A stretch of 64,000 nt of DNA from Chrysomallon squamiferum (taxonomy: Eukaryota; Animalia; Mollusca), in the NCBI GenBank assembly GCA_012295275.1, contig CM022673.1, positions 16,182,001-16,246,000 on the forward strand. The letters run 5' to 3'. The position numbers were made by a program, and so were the translations under genes. The notes below the pieces were generated by a model that was given only the letters and a program-made list of their open reading frames with translations, had not been told where the DNA came from and searched no databases. This document shows, one piece after another, positions 46,904-64,000 of this stretch; positions within the stretch are counted from its first letter, which is position 1; each line of letters begins with the position of its first letter.

Positions 46904-47090
46904 CTGTGTTCTTGATTTTCCTCAATTCCTATATGATTTACGATAAATGGTCCTACTAATGTTTTCCAGTACGAATACCATTCACGATACCTCCATATTG
47001 GAAATGGTGTTCATTTTGGTCATGTGACATCTGACCTCATTTTTTATTGGATATTTACGAAAATCTCATATTGGCGGCAAACCTTAGGTG
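46904..47090 (-). promoter_or_regulatory. Putative promoter and first non-coding exon of a leftward transcript divergent from LC3
   Basis: CpG patch with three CCAAT boxes on - (ATTGG at 46997, 47046, 47070). M-box/CLEAR-like GTCATGTGAC at 47019-47028, YY1-like CAATATGGAG, and a minus-strand donor CAG|GTAGAT at 46903. Confidence 0.45.
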
Positions 47091-48389
47091 ATTGTTATTA
47101 TCAATATTAATAAACAGCAAATTGTGCAGGTTTAAATGAAAAACATGCATCTAAGTTTCTTTCTTTATTATTATTTTTTTTAATGTTCTTTATATGTTAA
47201 CTGAAATAAAAACATTCGTCATTAGTTTTGTTTCAAGATAACTGCATTTTGTCGTTCATAAGAAAAATGCTAACCAAAATAAAAATGTATTTCGATTTTC
47301 TTTATCATAAAGATAAAAATTCACTTGAATGCATACACTAAAATATTTAAGAATTTCAAAATATCCAAAGATTGATCATTCGTAAAAACACACACCCCTT
47401 ATCGTTATTATTTAATTAATTAGCTTATATGTATTTGTTTGTTAATTTAATGGACTAACAAAAAAATAATAATAATATATATAAAAAAAAAAAAAAAAAA
47501 AAAAACACAAACATATATGGCCAGGATTGTAAACTTAATGCAAACTGTTAGTCCTTTTATAAATGGGATATAGTATTTATTCAGTCTATTAGTTTAGGGA
47601 TTAAGAATATGTTATATTTCTATATTTATAAGCAACGACGTCATAAAACACGATTTATGGCATCCTTATTTTCATACATCTCGTCGGGGTGTTTTAGTGC
47701 CCCAAATAATTCCAGAGAAATACAGTAAGTTTAATCTGTTCGTTACTTATCATTTACAAAATGCATCATTAAATGATGATCTCTGGCATATCCTTTTAAT
47801 TTGTAGCTAGCAGTTAGAACTACCTATACACTATTATAAGCTAGGTGACAAATCTGGCTCAGAAATGTTTTCTTGCTGTTTGGAAAGGTGCTTGCTTATA
47901 AAGTAAAAAAAAATAATAATAAAAAATTAAAATTAAAATGCTAACATTCAATAAGAGGAATTCCAACAAAATGGAGTTTTCTGAAAATATAAAATTAAGA
48001 ACGTTCGACCCTAATAATCGTTAACATTAAAATGTGGTGACATGTCGTTTATCCGTTATTTATTAATTAATTAATATTACACAGTCATATTCGTGTTTAA
48101 TTTAAATAATAAAGCTTTGAAAAAGTGGATACGAGGGCTATATTTTATAAACTTAGCGGTATAAGTACACGTAATTAATTAGTTTCGTTAATTTAATTTA
48201 CATATTTATTTTACAGAATTAATAAAATTTACTTGATAAATATTTTTTGTGAGGAGTTAAAATGAAAGTTAATAGTTTTTGTTATTTAATTATTAGCTGA
48301 AATAAAGTTACATAGGTGGGTAACATTCTTTTGTGCGCTAATTAATCCAAGTCACAGGTTACTAGCTAATCCAGAAGTATCCTGTTTTA

Positions 48390-48645
48390 TATGGGATTTC
48401 CCCCATGAAGTCCATTACAAAACAAGTTATTAATATTGACAAGTATATTGTTTTTATTTTCATCCAATGCAATGGACAAAAACCAGTCCAAACCTTAGCT
48501 TTACATATAGATGAACTTTTAGCAGAATCAGTCTATTTTCCTTTTCAAAGACGGAAGAAGACGAGTAAGGGAAAAACATCCGGTTACGTGATCCGAAGTA
48601 TATACGATCAGATATTGCCAAACTTTTATCATTTTCTTTTAAATA
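48390..48645 (+). promoter_or_regulatory. LC3 proximal promoter / 5' UTR region
   Basis: CpG-containing patch directly upstream of ATG 48646. kappaB consensus GGGATTTCCC at 48393-48402; CLEAR-like GTTACGTGAT at 48583-48592. Confidence 0.55.
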
Positions 48646-50264
<1,619 letters not shown>

Positions 50265-51767
50265 TCTTAATGCTGTATCTGCAAATAATAATATTAACTG
50301 TAATTTGGTGTTTTGATTTTTATCAGATTACATGAAGCCTGTATAAATGATTACCTGTAACATCCCAATGATCAGAGGATAAAAGGATAGCTTTGTTCAA
50401 TTAAACACTTATTTAAAGTAATATTTATAAAGAATAAACAAAGAATTTTTTTTTTGCTACATGAAATATTTAAAGGTTTTTTGTTAACTATTTCTGTATC
50501 ATTGTATGTTATTGAATGGTACAATATAAATTACTTTCAGTATTATTTGATAATAACTTTCATAATCACAGAACTAGTACATTAATAGAAATATTTAGCT
50601 TTACGTTTGACATATATGAAAATAAATAAAAGATAAGAATCAGAAATGAGCAAAGTACAGAGTTACATTAAAGATTTTTTTTTTTTAAAAATAATATTTA
50701 CCATTGAATCACTACATATTTTTTTCAATCCATGACATTATTTCAAACTGACTACATATTTAAAAATTAAGTTACATGTTTTATTTTTAATTGTAATTTT
50801 AATATTTTTATTTAATACTTTTTCAATTATATCTGGCGCTGTTTTTTTTTTTTTTTTTTTTTTGAAGAAATAAATGAAAAGTGAAATGCTGTTAACAAAC
50901 ACCAGATATGAAAACTTTAACACATTCATTTAATAATTAGAATAAAATTTGTTCTCACTGTGAATAAAATTACTTTTATACATTGCCTTTTAAGTGCAAC
51001 TATAAAAATTAGTACTGAATTCTTGAAAATGGATCCATATTTAATGTGGTAGGACCATGCTTTTACAAAAATGCTTTTTTTCTCCTCAAATTATAATTCA
51101 TTTAACATTCTTGTCATGGACAAAATTTTATAAATAAGTGGTCAGGAGTTGGACAATGATGTGTATATAAAAATGTTTTTATATATATATATAAATGTAT
51201 ATGTCTTTTGTGATAATATCTTTTCCTCTTTTTTCTGTTTCGTTGTCTCTTAATGTGTTTGAGACATATTTATTGGTTGTTACTAATACATTTGATTGAT
51301 GGTTACAGGTAGCATAATGGTATGTGTTTGTTATTTAGTCCCGTTGTTTTGATTGTTAGTTATTAATAAATTTATCATTTTCATTGTTTATTTTATTTTT
51401 TGTTATGTCCTCCTTAATATGTATTTAAGAATATTTTTCACCAACATCAAACACATTTCAGCTCTGTTTCCAGATGCATCTCTATTTTAAAAATGGGGGA
51501 GGGAAAAAGAACAAAAATATTAGATGTTAGGTATCATACAGCTCTAGATTTTTAAAATATTTAGAGCTTTGCATTTTTTAAAACACTATTATTTCCTACT
51601 ACTCTTTTCAGTCATAATTATCATATATATATATATGTATGTGTATGTGTATGTGTGTATATATATATATGTGTTTAATCTGTAAGCAGTAGTTTCATAA
51701 GAGTGTTTTATAGTTTGAAGATACATTTCATTGCTTACCTTTTTGGTTTATTTTATATTCAAAATGT

Positions 51768-51816
<49 letters not shown>

Positions 51817-53263
51817 TACATACATATATACATTTTTATCCTTTTTGATAGTAAATACATCAACCAAATTAACTGCAGAGTATAATGTTTATTTATTTAT
51901 CTCTCTCTCTCTGTAAATATAAAAACCACTGTTTATGAACTTGCGTTTTTCAGGTGTTTTTTTTTATATATATATATACTTTTTTTATAATACTTATTGT
52001 TGTTTTAGTTTTGGTGTATTTAATTCTTTCAGTTAGGTATATTGAATGTTAAGAAAATTTACTTGTAGCGTACTGTTTGTATATATTTGGTATATAGTGG
52101 TGGGAACAAATTAATTTTCAGTTTTATTTGAATTTTACAGTCAAGATAATGTAGATTATTAAATATTATCACTGCTAGACAGTTTCAAAAGTTATTTAGC
52201 AAATTAAAATAATTACATTTTTTAACAATGTTCAGATGGGATAATGTCATATTTGAATTAATTACAACATTAATGATGAAATTTTCAAACATGAAATTTT
52301 ATAGGACCATCACTAGACTTTCAAATTCTTTTAAACAATGTATGATGTTAGTGTTGTTTTTAAAAATTTTATTTGCAGATATATTGTTTCAGTTAGTAGC
52401 AAAATGGATATACACAGTTTCGAACTAGCAAATAAACCTAAAATGGAGAACTTACTGATTGTGTTCAATTGTAATGTCAGTTGTTAAATACCAGTTTGGT
52501 TTTCAGTAAATAATACTTTTTTTTTATTAATTAAGTATTCATTTTATTTGAAGTTGTTAAATTTAATATTAATGAACATATTTAATATCATCAGACATTT
52601 ATTTATTTGGTAGAAATATTTTCTTCCTTTTTATAGGTTAAAATATAATTAAAATGAGTTTTGATAATAATAATATTATAAATAAAACATTCACAATTTT
52701 TTAACTTACAAAAAGTCAAAAAAAAGGAAATGATAATTATTTGTAGAGATATATTAATTTACATTTAATAATTTAAATTGATATTTCTTAGTATATTTGG
52801 AGTATTTTAAGAGGAATAATCACTCTTATTTCTGGTCATTTTTATGTCACTCTTGACTTTATAGTATAATGTCTTTATACTAATAATTAAAATCAGATCA
52901 TGGTACTTTCTGGCCATTGTGTTTTTAATATTTTTTAATTCACCAAAGCTAATTATGATTTAAGATTAACTCTAATCTTCGATACAATGAAATATGTGAG
53001 TAATAATTATTTAATTAAATATTAATAAATAAATAAGGTTTATTCTAATAAAAAGAACACTAATTAAACCTGGTTTTTTAAAATTATTTTCTTTTAATGA
53101 TTTAGATCACTAAATTGTAATGTTTTATAAAAGAAAATATAAGAATATAATTTTCTGTTTCTGTGGTAACAATTTGTTACATTTACATTCTAAAACTTTA
53201 TTTAAAAAAAAAGGTTTCTATGTTTGTAGATATACTGAATTAACTGTTTTTAACATTATGTAA

Positions 53264-53273
53264 AATAAATAAA
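53264..53273 (+). terminator. Candidate distal polyadenylation signal of LC3
   Basis: Overlapping AATAAATAAA followed by a GT/T-rich tract, at the end of a T-rich 3' UTR-like stretch. AATAAA is common in this AT-rich DNA. Confidence 0.3.
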
Positions 53274-53843
53274 CAAAAAAGTTTTTATCTTGTATTTGAT
53301 TTAATAAATGTATAATGCCTGATTTTGTTTTTGTTATTTCAATGCACAAAATAATTATATTTTAGACCTACTTGATTTTGGCTGTTTCATTGTTAAATAG
53401 ATGGTGTATTGTAAAGAATCAAATGAACAGAGCTTAAAATGAAAAAGCAATTACATGTGTGTTTGTGTGTGTGTAAATACATTTACATATACACATATTA
53501 TTAAATGTTTAAGACATTTTTTCATTAATGAAAGGAGTTTCGACTAAATCAGGGCCCAGAAATAACTTATCAGTCTAAAAAAAAAAAATAGTAATAAACT
53601 AACTCAGAATGTATTATAATGAGGAACTGGTCAGAGAATACAAGAAACTATCAATTTATTGCCAATTTATTATGAAGAAAATGATTTGGTTTGATTTTAT
53701 TATTAGAGTAATAATAAATGAAATATGCTTGTTCATCAGTTCATCAGTTTCGTAGATTCTGCATGCCATGAGTTTTTCTAATAAAAGAAAATTGTACTTA
53801 AGAGAACAAGATAAAATAAACTACAAGTATTATATTAACAACA

Positions 53844-53849
53844 TTTATT
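53844..53849 (-). terminator. Candidate polyadenylation signal of CTBS
   Basis: AATAAA on -, ~650 nt after the stop, followed by TGTTGTT and T-rich sequence. Confidence 0.3.
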
Positions 53850-54490
53850 CACTTGTTATAAAAACTAAATATTAAAAAAATATAGATTTACAATATTTGT
53901 CAACAAATAAAATGAAAATAATATGATCTTATATGAAGTATTTTATTACAGATCTTACAATAATATCAGTGTTAAAACTGGATTAGCTCATTTCTACATT
54001 TATGTAAAAAATAGAAAAATGTTAATCAAAATAGAAAAATCAGAATTAGTAATAAATTTCATCAACAATAACAGAATTAAAAAAATAATACTTCACAACT
54101 CAACATGTTCAAACAACAGGGTGCCCTTTTTTTTATTCACATATGTGTACATAATGTATTATGCTGTAAGAACATTTTTGAGTATTGCTTATGAAATACA
54201 TAAAAAATTATATAAAATGAAATTAAAAAGAAAGTTGCACAGTATAAATTGCTAAAAACAAATAAAAAAAGGGCAATAATTTGTTAATCAAACTGATGAT
54301 CACAGTGTTAAGGTTTTAGGTAATATAGAGATCAAATACCATATAATATGTATATACTATCTGAGTAAATAAATAATTATTTTTGTAATGGTTGTTTATT
54401 ATAAAAAAATTAGAAAACATAAAAATCTCCCATGGATGCAACCAAGTGGAAAAAAATATGAAAAAAAGTAAATCTGAGTTGCTTTCTTCT

Positions 54491-54688
54491 TCATCGAGGA
54501 TATTTCGGGACTTTCTGCCACATCCTCTCACGCCATTTGTTTGCAAAAGCTGTGTCTCTGTAATCAAGACAGTCGACATTCCATACTCCAACCCCTCTTA
54601 AACCAATCTTTTCAGCAAGCTTATATTTCAGAGACAGACTTTCAGGGTCATCATACCACACTTCAGAATATTTCCCAGTTGTTGCATT
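54491..54688 (-). CDS. CTBS: CTBS exon 7 (terminal)
   Basis: Acceptor tgcag|, encodes NATTGKYSEVWYDDPESLSLKYKLAEKIGLRGVGVWNVDCLDY...PKYPR, then stop. Confidence 0.95.
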   Translation of the reverse strand, partial: NATTGKYSEVWYDDPESLSLKYKLAEKIGLRGVGVWNVDCLDYRDTAFANKWRERMWQKVPKYPR

Positions 54689-57600
54689 CTGCAGACGAAC
54701 AGAAAATGAAATAACTGTCTTGATGCAAAAACAATTTTCAAACATTTAAGTTATGATTTCAAATCTTTTATTTCATTTTGCTTATAAAAACATTCTATAT
54801 GCATTTTTTATTTAACCTATATTTATTTCTCAAATAAAATCATTATTATTATTATTTTTTTTACATAGATGTTAATGTTTACTCAGTCTGAATCTGAACT
54901 TCATTTGATTTTTGTATTAAATTTAAGACTAAAGCTTTAAAAGTGAAAATTCAATTAAATTATGTAGGATCCAGGTAAAATGTAATGCCCACCAAATTAA
55001 TAATAAATAAGTAACTACAAAAATATATTTAATTTTAACATTCTGTGATGCTTAAAAGTTAGTCAGAAATTAAAAAGATGTTTAATCTAAAATGTATTTA
55101 CATTCAAAAATGTTTTTTGACCAAACTAAAGTGTATGTGCAGATAACATGATTACAAAACAATTCACACCAGCACTTTGAGATTCAATTTAAATGCATTT
55201 TATATATTTTGTTATTTTCAAATAATAATGTACTTCTTTTTAAAACTATTTCACCTTTTGATAAAAGAAAGGACTGAGTGTTTTTGTATCCCAAATCCTC
55301 TTTGATGTTGATGTTTCCACCATTGAAATAATTACTCTAAAGTCAATCTGTCTTCCTGCTGCATCACTGCAGTTCACACCACGAAAAGGAACTTCAGCAA
55401 TTTTGCACATTTTGGTCTATGACATTAAAAAGAAATTTTACCAGAAAATCAAAATTCTAAAGTAAAGAATTTTTATATTCTAAGCCATAAATTTCATAGT
55501 TTAAACAGGGGATTGCTTTTAGTAAATTAAGGAATATTTATTTATATCTCAGTGAATTTTAATATTAACTGTATTAAGTTTCATATTGGAGTTTCTTATT
55601 TGGAATAACAATGCTGTGAGCTGCATTGTTAGGAAAGCATATTTGATAATCCTATCATAAAGCAACAAGTGAAGTTTGAAATGGCCCGATGAATTTTTCA
55701 CTGACAACTATAATTTTTTTTTTTTAAGACATAGATTATGGAAAATTAAATGAAAGATTAAAAGAAACTATGTTCTGTACAGAAAGAGGCAGAAAATATT
55801 TTAGTATATTTAAAAAATGTTTTAAAAGTTTTCTTACTTCTGTGTTAAAAGTCAGACAGTGGTACTGGTAGCCATACCAAGGAACACCTAAAACCAGTTT
55901 ATTTGGAGGAATCCTGACATACTTCAGATAGCCTTCAAGTCCTGGGATAAAGAAATATATGTATATAAACAACCAACCTTCTTTTAAACAAAAATACATT
56001 GGTGATAATATTTTTAAAAGAAAAGAACATTTATGTAAGATTTATACTTTAGAATATTTGAAAAGAAATAGGTTTCAAAAGAATTTTAATTGCATCATAT
56101 GTATAATGGCACCAATGTAAATTGTATTTTGAATTTTTTATTTGGGATTGTGTATGACATTTACGATTTCTTTACAGTGTATATGACAAATCATCGTAAA
56201 TTAAAAACAAAAATGTGCTGAGATGTTGCTCATGTTTTTCTTCCTGTCAAGGATTTTTTTTTAAATTCAAGTAAACATAGGCAATGGATTTTACAATACA
56301 CAATCATATCAGTTTATCAGTTGTGATAGACATATTGGAATGTAGACAAAACAGAAACAGAAAATCTTTATGACAGTCTATAATTCTTTTCTAGAAATCC
56401 ACCAAATGTTGGTAAAATTAAGATATTTTCTCATAAAGATTTTCATAACATTACAGGATTACCAGTAATTTAAATGACTTTTACCAAATAATGTTGTATA
56501 GTAGCCAGAGTTTGCTAAAGCCACACATTCACCATAAATCTGACTCTGCTCATCATAGGACATCACAAAAAGAAAGTCACTAATCTGTGACAAAGTTTGG
56601 TAGTCATAGCAACGTCTGTCAATGCATCTGCCATTGTTATGTGGACTCCAGGCTATGTCTACTGTAACCTGTATGAATAAAGTTACTTGAACATTGACTT
56701 TCTATTTATTGCACTTGCACTTTTTATTACTAGTGCATTCGCAAATAAAACCATTCAAATTAACACAAAGTGATTAAACTTTTTTAATTTCTACCATTAG
56801 TAATGTTCCTTTATTTTATTAACAATGAATTTTACACACAGTTTTATTGCTAATCATATGACCAAGCCATACTAATTACCTGATAGTGTGGATTACTCTG
56901 TTTGAAAGCCAGGTTAGTTTCATTAACTAAATCTGTGAACGCTTGTTTCAAATCAGTTTGATTCTCAGGAATAGGATCTTCAAAGTCAATGTTTACCCCA
57001 TCCAGAAAATTGTCTTCAACTATTTTTAGTTTGGATGTAATCCATCTTTTTCTCAATGTTTCATTTAGTATTTTGTTGCCATGAAGGCTTCCTAAAAGAA
57101 TTAATTTATTTTAAATATTTTCTTAATATAACTAATTTTTTAGATGCCAAAGATCATAAAATATATTATTCAAAAAAAAAAAAACATTTAATTTTATATT
57201 ATTACTATGGTGAACGTGTAAAGAAAGACATAAAATGATTATAATTTTTTTCTTTTTATTTTATGTCTCACCACTCACATAAGTCAAATATTAAAAGTCT
57301 TCTATGATTTCATAATTGCCCGATTTTTTAACTGTCCTTGACCTATTGTTTGCTTACCCATACCCACTGTGACCACTCTAGCACCATGTTTGTGTGCAAA
57401 ACACATGAGCTGCGGACTGATGTATCCCACCATGACAACTGTAGTGACCTTTGTCCAGTCAAATTTGCTCCATGTCTCTTTAATATCATGGAGTGAGAAC
57501 ATGAAAACCTGAAAAAATAAAATATAAATAATCATAATAATACACAAATTTTTATAATGTATATCTTCAGATTCAAATAAATATAAAATTCTCATCAGAT

Positions 57601-57739
57601 ATGCACATATAAAACTAAACCTTTCCTATTGTAACCTGTGTATAATGGGCAACTGACAAGAAGGTTAAATGTTTGTTTATCTCTTTTAAACAAGCATTTT
57701 CTTTGATTTTTGTACTGTGTGTGTGCGCGCACGCGCCCG

Positions 57740-57800
<61 letters not shown>

Positions 57801-58246
57801 TAATATGTAAAATATTAATATGTAGAATCGTACCTTGATTTATTACACTACGTTAATATTGAAACAAGGTAGGATTTATGATGAAGTCAATATTTTATCA
57901 AATGATTATTACTTTTTTTTCTATCAGTATCAATCAATATTATGAATATAATATTATTAAAATGTGGGCGTATCATTTCCTGTTTTATTTAACACCCTAA
58001 ACGTAATTTGATTTTCTTACACAAACAAATAGTGTATGCTACTATTAAACTTGGTTAATAATAGTAATACGATGTTCAATGCCAAAGGTCCATAATCACT
58101 TGTGATTTTGATCCACCCACCTCTTTTCTCTTTAGATTTTTAACAGGTTCACATAATTTGGAGTCCTCGCATGGACAGGCTGATTTTGGAACAGATATTT
58201 CAAAAAACAAACAAACGAAAACTAAAATTGGAATAAAGAAATTCAT
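54491..58246 (-). CDS. CTBS: Di-N-acetylchitobiase (lysosomal GH18 glycosidase), 7 exons, ~376 aa
   Basis: Minus-strand exons 58246-58121, 57508-57364 (or 57358), 57091-56880, 56668-56485, 55941-55838, 55416-55255 and 54688-54491; all GT-AG and phase-consistent. A signal peptide is followed by CPCEDSKLC, DWTKVTTV, LMCFAHKHGARVV, the catalytic LDGVNIDFE, IDRRCYDY, DFLFVMSYDEQSQI, KLVLGVPWYGY, VPFRGVNCSDAAGRQ and VWYDDPESLSLK. These follow the order I recall for human CTBS. Confidence 0.96.
55255..55416 (-). CDS. CTBS: CTBS exon 6
   Basis: Encodes TKMCKIAEVPFRGVNCSDAAGRQIDFRVIISMVETSTSKRIWDTKTLSPFFYQK, donor AAG|GTGAAA. Confidence 0.95.
55838..55941 (-). CDS. CTBS: CTBS exon 5
   Basis: Encodes GLEGYLKYVRIPPNKLVLGVPWYGYQYHCLTFNTE, donor |GTAAGA. 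Confidence 0.95.
56485..56668 (-). CDS. CTBS: CTBS exon 4
   Basis: Encodes VTVDIAWSPHNNGRCIDRRCYDYQTLSQISDFLFVMSYDEQSQIYGECVALANSGYYTTLF. Confidence 0.95.
56880..57091 (-). CDS. CTBS: CTBS exon 3 (catalytic motif)
   Basis: Encodes GSLHGNKILNETLRKRWI...FLDGVNIDFEDP...NPHYQ, donor CAG|GTAATT. Confidence 0.95.
57364..57508 (-). CDS. CTBS: CTBS exon 2
   Basis: Encodes VFMFSLHDIKETWSKFDWTKVTTVVMVGYISPQLMCFAHKHGARVVTV. Two in-phase donors give a lower boundary of 57364 or 57358. Confidence 0.9.
57716..57797. repeat. (TG)n/(CG)n alternating purine-pyrimidine tract in CTBS intron 1
   Basis: gtgtgtgcgcgcacgcgcccgcat followed by a long (GT)n. Confidence 0.95.
58121..58246 (-). CDS. CTBS: CTBS exon 1 (signal peptide + CPC motif)
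   Basis: Encodes MNFFIPILVFVCLFFEISVPKSACPCEDSKLCEPVKNLKRKE, donor GAG|GTGGGT. Confidence 0.92.
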
Positions 58247-58249
58247 TTT

Positions 58250-58410
58250 ATGAGTTTGAATAAATCAGCAGTGGTAGACTTTCTTCCTGTTTTGGTTATC
58301 CTATCCACGAATCGAACGCAATTTTATTACGTTTGATTAAGGAAACCTAAACTGGTTTCCCAATCGACTACGCCAACTTCAGATCTGCGTCCTACTTCCG
58401 TATTTTTGTC
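58250..58410. promoter_or_regulatory. Bidirectional promoter shared by CTBS (-) and DEF8 (+)
   Basis: Head-to-head geometry with local CpG enrichment. ETS-type motifs CTTCCTG at 58283-58289 and ACTTCCG at 58394-58400; CCAAT at 58360-58364. Confidence 0.7.
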
Positions 58411-58471
58411 ACAAGAGTAAAAGAAACTTGATCAAATACGATGATGACATCAGTAGCATTTCTTTGTTGGA
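58400..58471 (+). other. DEF8: Probable DEF8 non-coding first exon (5' UTR) with the start of a uORF
   Basis: Follows the CpG-containing promoter patch. Donor GA|GTAAGT at 58472, ATG ATG at 58441. The 5' boundary is approximate. Confidence 0.6.
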
Positions 58472-58721
58472 GTAAGTTTTTTTCAGTACTTTGTCAGACG
58501 TTCATAGTGACATGTACATTTATGAATAAAATATATTGTCTGTGTTAATTATTGTTTAAAAACAAATCTAAGTATTTATTGCTGACACTGTGTCAGCCTC
58601 GCAGTTGAATCAAAAATCAAAACAATAAATTATACAATCAATACCTGTTTGATTTCCAGATTTTACGAATATTTCTTTATTTTATATTAAATGAGAAATG
58701 TAATGGGTTATTTTTTGTTAA

Positions 58722-58778
<57 letters not shown>
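58722..58778. repeat. (TAT)n microsatellite in the probable DEF8 intron 1
   Basis: Seen directly. Confidence 0.95.
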
Positions 58779-58779
<1 letters not shown>

Positions 58780-59368
58780 TTGAAATAATTTTTTATTATT
58801 ATTATTTTCTTGTTTAATTTTAATCTGTATTTTGTTAAAACAGTCGAAATGTAGGTCTAATGTAAACACATGACAGTTTTAGAAGTTAGTTTTAGCAGTT
58901 AATGAATTACAGAAAAATAATATTAAAGTTTTGATTAAGTTTCAAAGATCAACAATTTTTTTTTATGTTATCTTTTAGGTTGTAATTTTGGTTTTCCTCA
59001 TATATAATTATCTATATTTATCTGTAGTTTTACTTTTTTACTTTTATAAAATAGATAGTTGTTAGAATTTGTTATTAAATACAACCTAATTATGCATTTT
59101 GATAATTCTTTTAAAGTTCTGTTAATAATAGATAGTTTCATATGACATATAAGAAACATAAATAAAATTATAAAATTGTAAATTATTGAGATGGAGTTTA
59201 ATTTGATATATCTGTTCAAACATTATAATATCTGCATTTAGATTAAGAATCTAAGTTTCAAGTTGTATTTTCATTTCTTTTTTTAACTTTTTTAAATTAT
59301 TATTTTCATCAAGGATAAGCAAGGACAGTTTGAATTAAATAACTAAAGAAAAGAACATCAGCCCAATT

Positions 59369-64000
<4,632 letters not shown>

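Noticed and set aside
56971-57003. CTBS catalytic motif has N instead of the second D (DGVNIDFE)
   Set aside because: Normal for chitobiases (human DGINIDIE); the catalytic Glu is intact.
57629-57652. ttgtaacctgtgtataatgggca resembles miR-2001
   Set aside because: Seed mismatch, an insertion, and no pre-miRNA hairpin partner.

Overview
AT-rich, microsatellite-rich, intron-containing animal DNA. It is probably molluscan (gastropod-like), inferred from the LC3 sequence style and from decayed SINE-like remnants recognised from memory. The right ~16 kb holds three spliced protein-coding genes that I assembled exon by exon with consistent splice phases. MAP1LC3 (LC3A/B-type Atg8) is on + with 4 coding exons (123 aa). 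CTBS (lysosomal di-N-acetylchitobiase, GH18) is on - with 7 exons (~376 aa). DEF8 (C1 plus Rubicon-homology domain) is on +, runs off the window at its 3' end and has a GC-AG intron. CTBS and DEF8 sit head-to-head on a ~200 bp promoter, and LC3 and CTBS are tail-to-tail. All three act in the autophagy-lysosome pathway, and this DEF8 has a ~275-aa N-terminal extension with several LIR-like motifs in or near it. The left ~47 kb has no credible protein-coding exon. It contains enhancer-like islands, several minisatellites and old SINE-like fragments. It also has candidate non-coding minus-strand exons, suggesting a long multi-promoter transcript (lncRNA, or the 5' UTR of a gene off the left edge) divergent from LC3. 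Most short ORFs in the supplied track are low-complexity artefacts. I found no sequence-provable novel system; the strongest leads are listed as hypotheses.
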